This document shows positions 1 to 9,725 of a stretch of 64,000 nt of DNA, one piece after another; position 1 is the stretch's first letter; the number at the start of each line of letters is the position of its first letter. The translations under genes were made by a program, and so were the position numbers. The stretch is from contig CAVVXW010000001.1 of assembly GCA_963752335.1 (NCBI GenBank), positions 345,726-409,725 of the forward strand, given 5' to 3'. The notes below the pieces were generated by a model that saw only the letters and a program-made list of their open reading frames with translations, did not search any database and was not told the DNA's origin. Origin of the DNA: an uncultured Acidimicrobiia bacterium (lineage in GTDB: Bacteria > Actinomycetota > Acidimicrobiia > IMCC26256 > JAENVU01).

Positions 1-1
1 A

Positions 2-913
2 ATCGGTTCGGGCGAGCAGCCGGTCTGGTGCCGGCGGATCGACGAGCGCTTCGCCCGGCTGCGGTTCGGCCGGGCGGTCCCGCTCGCGCCCGGCGACCGG
101 ATCGTGCTGCGCGATCCCGGGGCGAGCCGGACCGTCGCCGGCGCCGAGGTCCTCGACGTGACCCCGACACACCGGGCCGCCGACGCACCGGCGCGGCTCG
201 CCCGCCCTCTGGGTGCACGGCTGCTCGCCGACGGTTGGGTGCGGGCGGATGCGCTCGGCGCGCGCAGCGGGCTGTCGGCGGACGCCGCGGAGACCGCGGT
301 GACGCAGGGCGGCGCCGAGGTCCTCGGCGAGTGGCGCGTCGACCCGTCCGTGGCCGCGGCGCTGCGGATCGAGATCCACGCCCGGGTGCAGACGTACCAC
401 GAGGAGCATCCGACGGGGCCGGGGATCGCCGCCGGGGCCCTGGCCTCGGCCACCGGCCTCGACGCGGAGCGGATCGAGGAACTGATCGCCGGGGATGCGC
501 GGCTCGTCCTCGAGCACGGCCGCGTCCGCGATCGTGCCCGCCGCGACCGCGCCGCGGACACCGACGCCGGGCGGGCGCTCCTCGCGGCACTGGACGCTGC
601 GCCGTTCGCCCCACCGACGGCGACCGACCGCGGCCTCGTACGCGAGCTCGTCCGGGAAGGGGCCGTCGTCGACCTCGACGGCATCACGTTCTCCGCGCGC
701 GCCGTCGACTCCGCCCGCGCGCTCGTGATCGAGGCGCTCCGCGCCCGCGGATCCCTGACCGTGGCGGACGCGCGGGACCTGCTGGGGAGCACACGCAAGT
801 ACGTGGTCCCGATCCTGAGCCATCTCGACGCGAACGGTGTGACCCGCCGCCGCGGCGACGACCGGATCCCGGGCCCGCGGTCGGGCCTCACCGATCCGGA
901 GACCCGGGGCTAG
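2..913 (+). CDS. selB: Selenocysteine-specific elongation factor SelB, C-terminal part (5'-truncated by window edge)
   Basis: Open frame from nt 2. 'GDRIVLRDPG..RTVAGAEVLD' is the end of domain III, and the C-terminal winged helix reads 'LTVADARDLLGSTRKYVVPILSHLDANGVTRRRGDDR' (SECIS-binding SRKY-like motif). Confidence 0.88.
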   Translation: MGSGEQPVWCRRIDERFARLRFGRAVPLAPGDRIVLRDPGASRTVAGAEVLDVTPTHRAADAPARLARPLGARLLADGWVRADALGARSGLSADAAETAVTQGGAEVLGEWRVDPSVAAALRIEIHARVQTYHEEHPTGPGIAAGALASATGLDAERIEELIAGDARLVLEHGRVRDRARRDRAADTDAGRALLAALDAAPFAPPTATDRGLVRELVREGAVVDLDGITFSARAVDSARALVIEALRARGSLTVADARDLLGSTRKYVVPILSHLDANGVTRRRGDDRIPGPRSGLTDPETRG

Positions 914-1173
914 CTGGTGCGCGAAGCGAGCAGCTCCGAGCGCTCGGCCTCGTTGAGCCCACCCCAGATGCCGTGGGGCTCCTTGATCGACAACGCGTAC
1001 TCGAGACACTCGGTGCGCACGACGCAGTCGCTGCAGATCACCTTGGCCCGGGCCTCGCGCAGATCGCGCTGATCCCGTCGCTCCCCGCTGGCCGGCGGGA
1101 AGAACACGCTCGATCGCGGACCGCGGCAGGCTGCCTTCAGCTGCCAGACATCGTTGGCCGTACCGACGCTCAC
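910..1173 (-). CDS. whiB: WhiB-family Fe-S transcriptional regulator (WhiB3-like)
   Basis: 'WQLKAACRG..FFPP..ERR..REARAKVICSDCVVRTECLEYAL..EPHGIWGGL': 4 Cys plus the GIWGG turn. GTG start at 1173 with a GGAGG-like SD upstream. Confidence 0.92.
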   Translation of the reverse strand: MSVGTANDVWQLKAACRGPRSSVFFPPASGERRDQRDLREARAKVICSDCVVRTECLEYALSIKEPHGIWGGLNEAERSELLASRTS

Positions 1174-1317
1174 CGCTCCCCTCCTGCAGGGTCGCCTCGG
1201 ACCGTCCGCCACGGCCCGTCCGGCGAACCTACTCCGGGGGTGAGACAGGCCACAAGAGCCCGGTTTCACTGGCTCTGACGGCATCCTGAGCCCGGAACTG
1301 CGGACCGGGCGGGCGGG

Positions 1318-2634
1318 TCACCCCCGCGCCCTGGGCTCGCGGTAGTCCCGAGCGGCGCCGGCTTCGGGCTCGACCTCGAGCACCAGCCCGTCGACCTCGA
1401 CGACCCGGATCGGCGCTCCCGCGGGGATGGGCGTTGCCCGATTCGTCCGCGCCCGCCAGCGCGCCCCCCGGAGCACCACGACGCCGTCGGGCGCGATGTC
1501 CACCGCCGCCGCGCCGATCTCGCCCACCAACTCCTCCCGCCCGATCGTGGGCGTCGAGAACCGGGAGCGGACGGCCACCGGCATGGCGGCGAGGAAGAAG
1601 GCGACGGTCAGCCCGACCACGATCAGGACGACCCACCAGTAGACGTCGAGACGGGGCGAGCCGTCGTACAGGAACAGCGTGCCCACCACGAGGAGGACGG
1701 TCCCGATCACCGTCCACGAGTACGCCCGCCCGGCCTGGACGTCGACGGCGTACCCGACCATCGCGAGGAAGATGAGCACCAGCGCCCACCAGCTGACGGG
1801 CAGGTGTGAGAAGCCGACGAACGCGCCCACCAAAGCGATCGCGCCGGTACCCCCGGCCAGCCCGACGGAGATGGTGAAGAACTCGAAGACGATCAGCGCG
1901 AGGCCCACCACGAGGAGGAAGTAGGCGATCGAGGGGCTCGTGAGCGTGTGGACCGCCTGGCCGACGAGGTCCAGCTTGCGGAAGCGGATCGCATCGGCGG
2001 GCTGGCGGCGACGATCTCCGCCGGTACCGACCACCTTCGCGGTGTGGAGCGTGACCGGGCCCGCCGCGGTCGTGACCGTCCTGCCGTCGAGCGCGACGAG
2101 CAGGTCGCCGATGGTCGCGCACCCCGGCGCCACCGACGGCACGCACGGGCTGTCCGTGACCTTCCGCGCCTCGGCCTGCGGGGCGCTCATCGAGCGGTGC
2201 TCGATCTGCGCCGCCGGAGATCCGCGGGCGAAGGACCCACTGTGACTGGTGGTGTCGTCGAGGGTGATCGGGTCGATCGGCCCGATGCTCGACCCGTTCG
2301 AGACGGCGACCACCGATGCCTGCAGCGCCGCCAGTGCCGCGAGCCCCCGCGCCTTCGAGCCCGACGGTCCCACCCACGCGACCACGGGGACCCGCGACCG
2401 CCGGATCGCGCGCAGCACCCGACCCGGCCCGACGTCCACGGCACCTCCGGTGTTGAAGGTGATCAACAGGACCTCGGCGTGATCGCGGTTCGCGGCCCGC
2501 ACGGCGCTGACGATGAGGTCCGCGTTGGGCGGGTCGACGAGGCCCTCGACCTGGATCACGTCGATGGTCCCGCTCGGCTTCGCGGCGGCTCCGGCGGGCA
2601 GCGCGACCGTCCCGAGGAGCAGGCCGAGAACCAC
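1318..2634 (-). CDS. NfeD-family membrane protein (ClpP-like N-domain, TM domain, C-terminal OB fold); start uncertain
   Basis: Signal-like N-terminus, 'IDVIQVEGLVDP..NTGG..SRVPVVAWVGPSG', several TM helices, C-terminal 'GREELVGEIG..PDGVV..GARWRAR..VVEVDGLVLEV'. Confidence 0.85.
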   Translation of the reverse strand: MVLGLLLGTVALPAGAAAKPSGTIDVIQVEGLVDPPNADLIVSAVRAANRDHAEVLLITFNTGGAVDVGPGRVLRAIRRSRVPVVAWVGPSGSKARGLAALAALQASVVAVSNGSSIGPIDPITLDDTTSHSGSFARGSPAAQIEHRSMSAPQAEARKVTDSPCVPSVAPGCATIGDLLVALDGRTVTTAAGPVTLHTAKVVGTGGDRRRQPADAIRFRKLDLVGQAVHTLTSPSIAYFLLVVGLALIVFEFFTISVGLAGGTGAIALVGAFVGFSHLPVSWWALVLIFLAMVGYAVDVQAGRAYSWTVIGTVLLVVGTLFLYDGSPRLDVYWWVVLIVVGLTVAFFLAAMPVAVRSRFSTPTIGREELVGEIGAAAVDIAPDGVVVLRGARWRARTNRATPIPAGAPIRVVEVDGLVLEVEPEAGAARDYREPRARG

Positions 2635-2691
2635 GAATCCCGAGGCGATGCGTCGGAGGTACGGCCGATGCGCTCCCGTAGGCTCCGGGCG

Positions 2692-3639
2692 ATGGAGCTG
2701 GCTCACTTCTGCTCCACCTCCCGGGTGGTCATCGTGGCGGGCAAGGGGGGTGTCGGCAAGACCACCGTGTCGGCGACGCTGGCCGTCGCAGCCGCGCGGA
2801 CGGGCATGAGCGTGCTGATCGTGGAGGTCGAGGGCAAATCGGGGTTGCCGACGGCGTTCGGCCGCCCGCACCTCGGGTACGAGGAGGCCGAGCTCGCGCC
2901 GAACATCCGCGGCCGGACCCTCACGCCCGACGCGGCGCTGCGTGACTGGCTCGAGGGCAACGGCCTGAAGCGGATCTCCAAGCGGCTCGTCCAGACCGGG
3001 GCGCTCGACGTGATCGCCACGGCGGTGCCGGGCATGAAGGACATCCTGGTGCTCGGCAAGGTGAAGAGTCTGGAGCAGCAGCACGCCGCGGATCTGATCG
3101 TGGTGGACGCGCCGGCGGCGGGACACGCCATCACCTTCCTCACCTCCGCGCGGGGTCTGCTCGACGCCGTCACGGTCGGTCCCGTCCGCAAGCAGGCGGC
3201 CGACGTCGTGGAGCTGCTGGCCGATCCGCGCCGGTGCCAGGTGCTGCTCGTGACCCTGCCCGAGGAGACGCCGGTGAACGAGGTGATCGACACCGCGTTC
3301 GCGATCGAGGACCGCGTGGGGCTTCACCTCGGCCCCGTCGTCGTCAACGGGTGCTACGAGGAGCTCGGGCTCACCGAGGCCGACTCCACCGCGGCAGCCG
3401 CGCAGCGCGACGGGGCCCTGCTGGACGTGTTCGTCTCCGACCGTGAGGCCCACGACCTCGCCGAGGCCGCGGCGTTCCGCGCCCAGCGGGCCGAGATCCA
3501 GCGCAAGCAGGCGGACCGGCTGGCCGAGCAGCTCCCGCTGCCCCAGATCCGCCTGCCGTTCGAGTTCAGCGCCGAGCTGGGCGTCACCGAGATCGGTGCC
3601 CTTGCCGACGCGTTCACCGTCGGGATCGAGCAGCTGTGA
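2692..3639 (+). CDS. ArsA/Get3-like ATPase, Rv3679-like subunit
   Basis: Deviant Walker A 'GKGGVGKTT', 'DAPAAGH', 'VTLPEETPVNE'. TAGGCT -10 element just upstream of the ATG. Confidence 0.88.
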   Translation: MELAHFCSTSRVVIVAGKGGVGKTTVSATLAVAAARTGMSVLIVEVEGKSGLPTAFGRPHLGYEEAELAPNIRGRTLTPDAALRDWLEGNGLKRISKRLVQTGALDVIATAVPGMKDILVLGKVKSLEQQHAADLIVVDAPAAGHAITFLTSARGLLDAVTVGPVRKQAADVVELLADPRRCQVLLVTLPEETPVNEVIDTAFAIEDRVGLHLGPVVVNGCYEELGLTEADSTAAAAQRDGALLDVFVSDREAHDLAEAAAFRAQRAEIQRKQADRLAEQLPLPQIRLPFEFSAELGVTEIGALADAFTVGIEQL

Positions 3640-4817
3640 CCGTCCACACGCTCGGCGATGTCGTCGACCGCGGTCGCATCGCGGTGTGCTGCGGTTCGGG
3701 TGGCGTGGGCAAGACGACGACCGCGGCGGTGATCGCCGTCGAGGGCGCGCGGCGCGGCCGGCGCGCCGTCGTGGTGACCATCGACCCGGCCAAGCGGCTC
3801 GCGAACGCGCTCGGCCTCGACGGTCTCACCAACGAGCCGCGGGTGATCGACCCGGATCTGTGGGACCCCGGTCACGACCGTGTCCCGGGCGGAGAGCTCT
3901 CCGCGATGATGCTCGACACCAAGAGCACCTTCGACGGGCTCGTGACCCTGCACGCGTCGTCCGACGAGCAGGCGCAGCGGATCCTCGCGAACAACTTCTA
4001 CCGGAACATCTCCTCCGCCTTGTCGGGCACGCAGGAGTACATGGCCATGGAGAAGCTGCACGAGCTGCACGAGAGCGGCCTCTTCGACCTGATCGTCGTC
4101 GACACGCCGCCCTCGCGGCATGCGCTCGACTTCCTCGACGCGCCCGCGCGGCTGCTGCGGCTGCTGAACAACCCGATCTTCCGGGTGCTGATGGTGCCGA
4201 CCCGCACGTACCTCAAGGTCGCGGGCGCGGCGGTCCAGGCGTTCATCCGAACCGTCTCGCGCGTCGTGGGCGCCGAGGTGGTCGACGACATCGTGGCGTT
4301 CTTCCGGTCGTTCGAAGGGATGGAGGAGGGCTTCCGCACGCGCGCCGCACGCGTCGTCGAGATCCTCGGACAACCCGAGACCCGTTTCGTCCTCGTGACC
4401 TCCCCGCGACGCGATGCGATCGAGGAGGCGCGCTACTTCGCCGAGAAGATCGGCGACCACCACCTCGCGGTGGACGCGCTGGTCGTCAACCGGGTGCACC
4501 CACGGTTCGGTACCGAGCTGTCAGCGGGGTTGCGGGCGCGCGCCGAGACCCTCCGCGAGCTGCACGTGCACGGCCGCGACCAACGTGACGCACGACACCG
4601 CCTCGCGGCGCGGTACGCGAACCTCGCCGAGTTCAACGAGATCGCCGAACGTGAGCGCGCGCACATCGAGACGGTGCGGGTGCGGACGCGTTCGGCGGCG
4701 GTGGCGTTCGTGCCCTACCTGGCGCACGACGTCCACGACTTCGCCGCGCTCGCCGAGGTCGGCACGCTGCTCTTCGCGCCCGATATCGAGGCCGGGCTGG
4801 TCGCAGGTGGGGAGTAA
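3636..4817 (+). CDS. ArsA/Get3-like ATPase, Rv3680-like subunit
   Basis: 'CCGSGGVGKTT', 'TIDPAKRLANALGL', 'SGTQEYMAMEKL', 'DTPPSRHALDFLDAP'. Overlaps the upstream stop (GTGA). Confidence 0.9.
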   Translation: MTVHTLGDVVDRGRIAVCCGSGGVGKTTTAAVIAVEGARRGRRAVVVTIDPAKRLANALGLDGLTNEPRVIDPDLWDPGHDRVPGGELSAMMLDTKSTFDGLVTLHASSDEQAQRILANNFYRNISSALSGTQEYMAMEKLHELHESGLFDLIVVDTPPSRHALDFLDAPARLLRLLNNPIFRVLMVPTRTYLKVAGAAVQAFIRTVSRVVGAEVVDDIVAFFRSFEGMEEGFRTRAARVVEILGQPETRFVLVTSPRRDAIEEARYFAEKIGDHHLAVDALVVNRVHPRFGTELSAGLRARAETLRELHVHGRDQRDARHRLAARYANLAEFNEIAERERAHIETVRVRTRSAAVAFVPYLAHDVHDFAALAEVGTLLFAPDIEAGLVAGGE

Positions 4818-4827
4818 CGTCACCGCC

Positions 4828-5214
4828 GTGACCACGATCCTCGTCGCCGCCGAAGCCGCCTGGGTGCGGGACCAGGTGACCACGGCATTCGCCGGGCCCG
4901 ATCACGAGGTGATCGAGGTGCGGCGCGGGCAGGACGTCCGCGGCGCGGTCGCCCAGCACGCGCCCGATCTCGTCCTGCTCGACATGCAGATCTCCAACAT
5001 GGGTGGCATCGCATGTGCCATCGACCTGCGGCTCGAAGCGGCCGAGGGTCGTGTGCCTCCCACGAAGATCCTGCTGCTCCTGGACCGGGAGGCGGATCGC
5101 TTCCTCGCCAAACGCGCCGACGCCGACGCCGAGCTCGTGAAGCCGGTCGACGCCGGGATCCTCCGGCGGGAGGCCAAGCGGGTCCTCGTCGGTACAGCTC
5201 CGGCTGCCAGCTGA
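4828..5214 (+). CDS. Stand-alone response-regulator receiver domain protein
   Basis: 'PDLVLLDMQISNMGG...ADAELVKPVD' receiver motifs and no output domain. Confidence 0.8.
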   Translation: MTTILVAAEAAWVRDQVTTAFAGPDHEVIEVRRGQDVRGAVAQHAPDLVLLDMQISNMGGIACAIDLRLEAAEGRVPPTKILLLLDREADRFLAKRADADAELVKPVDAGILRREAKRVLVGTAPAAS

Positions 5215-5239
5215 GCGCTCGCTACACTCACGCCCCTTA

Positions 5240-5317
5240 CGGGATGTGGCGCAGTTTGGTTAGCGCGCAGCGTTCGGGACGCTGAGGCCCCGGGTTCAAA
5301 TCCCGGCATCCCGACCA
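5240..5317 (+). tRNA. tRNA-Pro(CGG)
   Basis: Acceptor stem CGGGATG/CATCCCG, anticodon arm CAGCG-TT-CGG-GA-CGCTG, T-loop GGTTCAAATCC, encoded CCA. TACACT -10 at 5223-5228. Confidence 0.97.
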
Positions 5318-5330
5318 ATGTTCCCGCAGG

Positions 5331-6866
5331 TCAGATCCCCGTGACCGCGCGGATGTCCGGCGCGGTGCAGGCGTTGGCGAGACAGGGCAGACCGAGGGCG
5401 TCCTCCCAGAGCGCCAACGTCGACGCGTATCCGATGCCGGTGGTCGCGAACGGTCCCGGGTGTGCGGAAGGGCTCAGGTAGAGATTGGGCACGGGCGAAC
5501 CCTCGTCGTACCAGATCTCGACCAGGACCTTGCCGGCCTGGTAGTCGGCGGAGTTGACGACCGGGGCCAGGTTGGCCTGGAGCCACCCGTCCACGACGGT
5601 GTTGGAGCAGTCGTGCCCGTCGTTGCAGAGCGTGGGGGTGACGAACGAGTAGTCCGCGAGATCGTTCGGGTCGAACTCCGAGTACGGGCGCACCTGCTCC
5701 GCGCAGTGGGACTGGTCGTCCCCACCCCAGAAGTACATGGCGGGCACGTGCTTGACCGCGTTGCCACTCGTCGAGCACGGGCTCGTCGCGCCCTCGACGT
5801 AGTTGATCGCGGTCTTGCCGGCGACGCGCGCCTGTCGGTAGATGTTGTCGGCCTGGGAGTTGCACGTCGTGCTCGGTGCGCAGTCGTTGAGCACGGTGTG
5901 GGTCGTGTCCCCCTGCGCCTGGCTGACGTATTGCGTTGCGGAGTTCTGGCTCGTGTTCGCCTCCGTCCAGGTCGAGAAGTAGGAGCAACCGGTCGCCACC
6001 TCGTGCAGGTAGGGCATGCCCGCGAATCCCACCCCGCCCACGCCGGACCAGGTGCGGTTCTCGAACGAGAAGACGACGACCTTCTGGTAGTGCGCGGGCG
6101 CGGTGCTGCCGGTGTTGCACACCGACGTCCCGGTGTTGGCCAGGATCGTCCCGGTCGCGTTCTTGGTGGCGAACACCGCTGACCCAGACAGCGCGACCTT
6201 GAAGATCTCCTTGGGTTCGCCGATCCCGTCGGCGACCGTCGCGACGTCCACCACGCTCCCCGTCTTCGAGCCCGCGGCGAACGAGACGGTCGTGTTGACC
6301 GCCGTGTAGTCGCCGGGAGCGTGCGCCGACTTGTCCGCGGTCTGCGCGGTGACCGTGACCGGGAGGTAGTAGCGCTGTCGGAGCTTCGGATGGAAGTGCG
6401 CGGTCGCGCCCTCGGCGACCTTGACGCCGGGCATCGCCAGCTTCGGCTTCTCGTCGTTGCGAATCTCGATCTTCTCGACGCTGTTTCCCTTCGTCGCGCC
6501 GGAGGGCGACGACAGCTTCACCGAGAACGTCTGGTAGTCCTCCAGCTTCGTGTCGCCACGGATCGAGACCGAGATCGGTGCCGTCGTCGCTCCGGGCGGG
6601 AACGTCAGGGTCCCCGACGCCGCGACGTAATCCGAGTCGCCCGTGGTCGCGCTGCCGTTCGCCGTTGCGTAGTCCACCGTCACCGTGCCCGCGCTCGGAG
6701 CCGACAGCTGCGCGGTGAGTCCTACGGTCGTGGTTCCTGCGTTGCCTTCGACCTGACCGATCACCGCCGTCGGCAGCGAGACGACCGGCTCCCCGGACGC
6801 GCCGCCGAGCGTGGCCGTGGCGGCGATTCCGGTCGCGGCCAACGACACGGCTGCGAGGAGCATCAT
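5331..6866 (-). CDS. Secreted protein with two Calx-beta-like domains and a C-terminal phosphoesterase (acid phosphatase/PLC family) domain
   Basis: Signal peptide. 'TVTVDYATANGSAT..DYVAASGTLTFPPG' (Calx-beta) followed by a second similar unit. Phosphoesterase motifs 'KVVVFSFENR', 'KHVP', 'FVTPTLCNDGHDC', 'WYDE'. Confidence 0.82.
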   Translation of the reverse strand: MMLLAAVSLAATGIAATATLGGASGEPVVSLPTAVIGQVEGNAGTTTVGLTAQLSAPSAGTVTVDYATANGSATTGDSDYVAASGTLTFPPGATTAPISVSIRGDTKLEDYQTFSVKLSSPSGATKGNSVEKIEIRNDEKPKLAMPGVKVAEGATAHFHPKLRQRYYLPVTVTAQTADKSAHAPGDYTAVNTTVSFAAGSKTGSVVDVATVADGIGEPKEIFKVALSGSAVFATKNATGTILANTGTSVCNTGSTAPAHYQKVVVFSFENRTWSGVGGVGFAGMPYLHEVATGCSYFSTWTEANTSQNSATQYVSQAQGDTTHTVLNDCAPSTTCNSQADNIYRQARVAGKTAINYVEGATSPCSTSGNAVKHVPAMYFWGGDDQSHCAEQVRPYSEFDPNDLADYSFVTPTLCNDGHDCSNTVVDGWLQANLAPVVNSADYQAGKVLVEIWYDEGSPVPNLYLSPSAHPGPFATTGIGYASTLALWEDALGLPCLANACTAPDIRAVTGI

Positions 6867-6933
6867 CGGACGCGGAGCACGAATGGGCGTGATGGGCCGA
6901 ACCTAGCCGTTTCTCGGCCTTCTGCGCGGCCGC

Positions 6934-7323
6934 CTACTGCGGACGGTCGGTTCCCCCGACGGGCGCGTTGGCGACTTCGGCGCGAAGGGAGAGCTGCTCC
7001 CACCGGTCCGTCGGGTACCCCTGCTTCGTCGCCCGCTCGACGCAGCGGCGGAACAGCTGCCGCGACAACGCGGCGCGCTCCTCGTGCGAGAGGGCGTGCC
7101 ACGCCTGCTTGAGCCGCCCTTCGTCCGACGCCACGTTCAGCGCGTCCCGCAGTGTCTCGGTGTGGGCCGCGACGAGCCCCGCCTCGTATCCGGCCGGGAC
7201 GAGCGCCGGGTCGAGCTGGGAGATGCGCGGGAGCACGTACGGGAGGAACGCCTGGTACCGCTCGGCGAGCTCACCGGGGAACCCCGCCCGGCGGCGAGCC
7301 CGAGCCCAACTCACGACTGCCAT
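6934..7323 (-). CDS. Hypothetical protein
   Basis: 129-aa ORF with normal codon pattern filling the gap between two genes. No recognised motif. Confidence 0.5.
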   Translation of the reverse strand: MAVVSWARARRRAGFPGELAERYQAFLPYVLPRISQLDPALVPAGYEAGLVAAHTETLRDALNVASDEGRLKQAWHALSHEERAALSRQLFRRCVERATKQGYPTDRWEQLSLRAEVANAPVGGTDRPQ

Positions 7324-7549
7324 GGCGCCAAGTCTTCATCGCGACCACGCAGAGCGTCAACCTCTGGGCATCGCCGGTGGGGCGCTGCTCGCGCAACGCG
7401 CGCGCGGTCGTGAAGATCGCTGGGGGATCCGTCGACGGCCTCCGACCCCGGCGTACGGTCGCCGGAGATCGGCAGACCCGGGGCACTCGCAGCCGGAGGC
7501 GCATCCCTTGGTTCGTGGACGACGGGCAGGCACAGTGGTGACGGTCGCA

Positions 7550-8713
7550 ATGGCCGCGATCCTCGGAACGGTGATCGCACCCGCGCCCGCGCCGGCGTTG
7601 CCGACCACCACCACGCCGGAGCTCGCGCTCAACCGGCTGATCCGCACCTCTCCATTCGTGGGCTCCTCCGTGCGCGTCCGCGACAACGAAGGATCGGCCT
7701 ACGTCGCGCGGGACGACTCGCTCTGGATGGTCGACGACAACAGCGACGCGGCGTACGAGATCAACCGCAGCACCGGAGCGCTGAAGCGCGTCATCAGCCA
7801 GTCCACGTTCGCCGGCGCACCCCGCCTCGGTGTGGGCACCACGGCGGGCTCGTCGCGCACCGAGGATCTCGAGGCCGTCGCCTACGACGCGAACGCCGAC
7901 GTCCTCTACGCCTTCTGTGGGAGCACGAGTGCCACGCCCACGGTCTTCCGACTCGCGCGCGACGCGAGCGGGAGCCTCCAGGTCGAGTCGTGGCAACCGC
8001 TGGCGTCGGAGCACACGGGCGCCGGGTGGCGTCTCGCCGATGGTCAGCTCTACGTGGCGAACGGAGCGACCATCCAGACGCTCGACTACGCGACGGGGGC
8101 GTTGGGACCGGGCTTCTCGGTCCCCGGACTGACGCACATCTTCGGCATCGACTTCGACGATGCGTCCGGAGATCTGCTGGCGGTGAACAGCTCCGAGCGC
8201 CTGGTTCGTGCTTCGATGACGACCCACACGATCCTCGCGGGCTGGAGCATCGACTTGACCCCCTTCGGGATCGCCGACAGCCGGGCCGTCGAGGTGATCG
8301 GCGAGCAGCTGTTCATCTCCGACGGGCTCGACACGCGCGCCGCGAACGACCCGATGAACCACGCGATCTTCGTGTTCGACGTCGGCCCGAGATCGGTGAC
8401 CGTGCACTGGACCTCCGAGGACATCGCCCGCATCGACCAGCTGGTGACCTACTACTCGCAGGGCACGCGCGATGGTCTCGTGCAGTTCGGGATCCAGGTG
8501 CTCGCGTTCCTCAACGCGGTCGACCCGCAGCCCCAGCCCACTCCGATCGTGCTGCCGCCGCCCACCGGCACCGTCGTGCAGACGGTCGCGTTTGCGGCGA
8601 GCAAGCTCGCGACGCTCGACACCGTGAAGGCCCGGTGGGTGGAGAACGACGAAGACGCACAACGACTCGGGTTCGCGGTGCTGAGCTTCATCGCCGCGTT
8701 GAACGGGCACTGA
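7550..8713 (+). CDS. Secreted beta-propeller-like (SdiA-regulated/YjiK-like) protein with an extra C-terminal domain; start uncertain
   Basis: Hydrophobic N-terminus. Repeated blade-like motifs 'DNEGSAYV..DDSLWMVDD', 'DLEAVAYD..ADVLY', 'FGIDFDD..GDLL'. Confidence 0.6.
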   Translation: MAAILGTVIAPAPAPALPTTTTPELALNRLIRTSPFVGSSVRVRDNEGSAYVARDDSLWMVDDNSDAAYEINRSTGALKRVISQSTFAGAPRLGVGTTAGSSRTEDLEAVAYDANADVLYAFCGSTSATPTVFRLARDASGSLQVESWQPLASEHTGAGWRLADGQLYVANGATIQTLDYATGALGPGFSVPGLTHIFGIDFDDASGDLLAVNSSERLVRASMTTHTILAGWSIDLTPFGIADSRAVEVIGEQLFISDGLDTRAANDPMNHAIFVFDVGPRSVTVHWTSEDIARIDQLVTYYSQGTRDGLVQFGIQVLAFLNAVDPQPQPTPIVLPPPTGTVVQTVAFAASKLATLDTVKARWVENDEDAQRLGFAVLSFIAALNGH

Positions 8714-8806
8714 GCGGTCCGGGGGTTGCGTCCGTTGCGCGCGGGACGAAGTTCGAGCCGACCGATAGGGTCCCGGACTTCACTGCGTTCCCGGGGAGGG
8801 GTACAC

Positions 8807-9626
8807 ATGAGGTTCCGCACCAGTATCAGGCTCGTGGCCATGCTCGCGCTCGGCGGCATGCTCGCCGCCTGCGGCAGCTCGAGCGGCAGCTCGAGCGGAG
8901 GTTCGGGCAAGGCCAACGACCTCGGCGGAAAGACCGTGACGGTGGCCGTCGAGAACCAGTATCCGCCGTTCAACTACATCAACAAGAACACGAACAAGGC
9001 GGAGGGCTGGGACTACACGGTCTGGCGCGACATCTGCACGCGCGATCAAGTGCACGGTGCAGTTCAAGGAGACCGGCTTCGAAGGCATGATCCAAGCCGT
9101 GTCGGACAGCCAGTTCGACGCTGCGGCCGACGGCATCACCATCACCCCCGAGCGGGCCAAGGTGGTGGACTTCTCGAAGGGCTACATCAAGGTCGAGCAG
9201 CGGCTGATGGTCAAGAAGGGCGAGGACCGCTTCACCACGCTCGCGGCGTTCAAGTCGGGTGACTACAAGGTCGGCACCCAGACCGGCACGACGAACTTCG
9301 ACACCGCCACCAAGGAGTACGGCAACAGCCGCGTCCAGGCGTTCGAGACGTTCCCGTTCGCGGTGCAGGCGCTGCTCAACGGCGATGTCGACGCGGTGAT
9401 CATCGACGACACCGCCGGTCAGGGCTACGTCGGCGCCGACCGGAACAAGCTCGACCTGCTCCCCGGGAGCATCACCTCGGACGAGCTCGGCTTCATCTTC
9501 CCGAAGGGCTCGGACCTCGTGGGACCGGTCAACGACACGTTGACCCAGATGATGCAGGACGGGACGCTCAAGAGGATCAACGACAAGTTCTTCGCACCGG
9601 ACTTCCAGGCGCCGGTGGCCGAATAG
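8807..9626 (+). CDS. Polar amino-acid ABC transporter substrate-binding lipoprotein (frameshift near 9045)
   Basis: Lipobox 'LAAC', 'VAVENQYPPFNY', then second frame 'FEGMIQAV..FDAAADGITITPERAKVVDFS'. GGAGG SD. Confidence 0.88.
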
Positions 9627-9725
9627 GCAGCGAGGACTTTCGTCGCGTGACCGAGATGCGCCAGGCTCCGGCCTGGCGCATCTCGCGTCTGCGCACCGCG
9701 TTCTCGCCGAGATGGGAGTCGTCAC

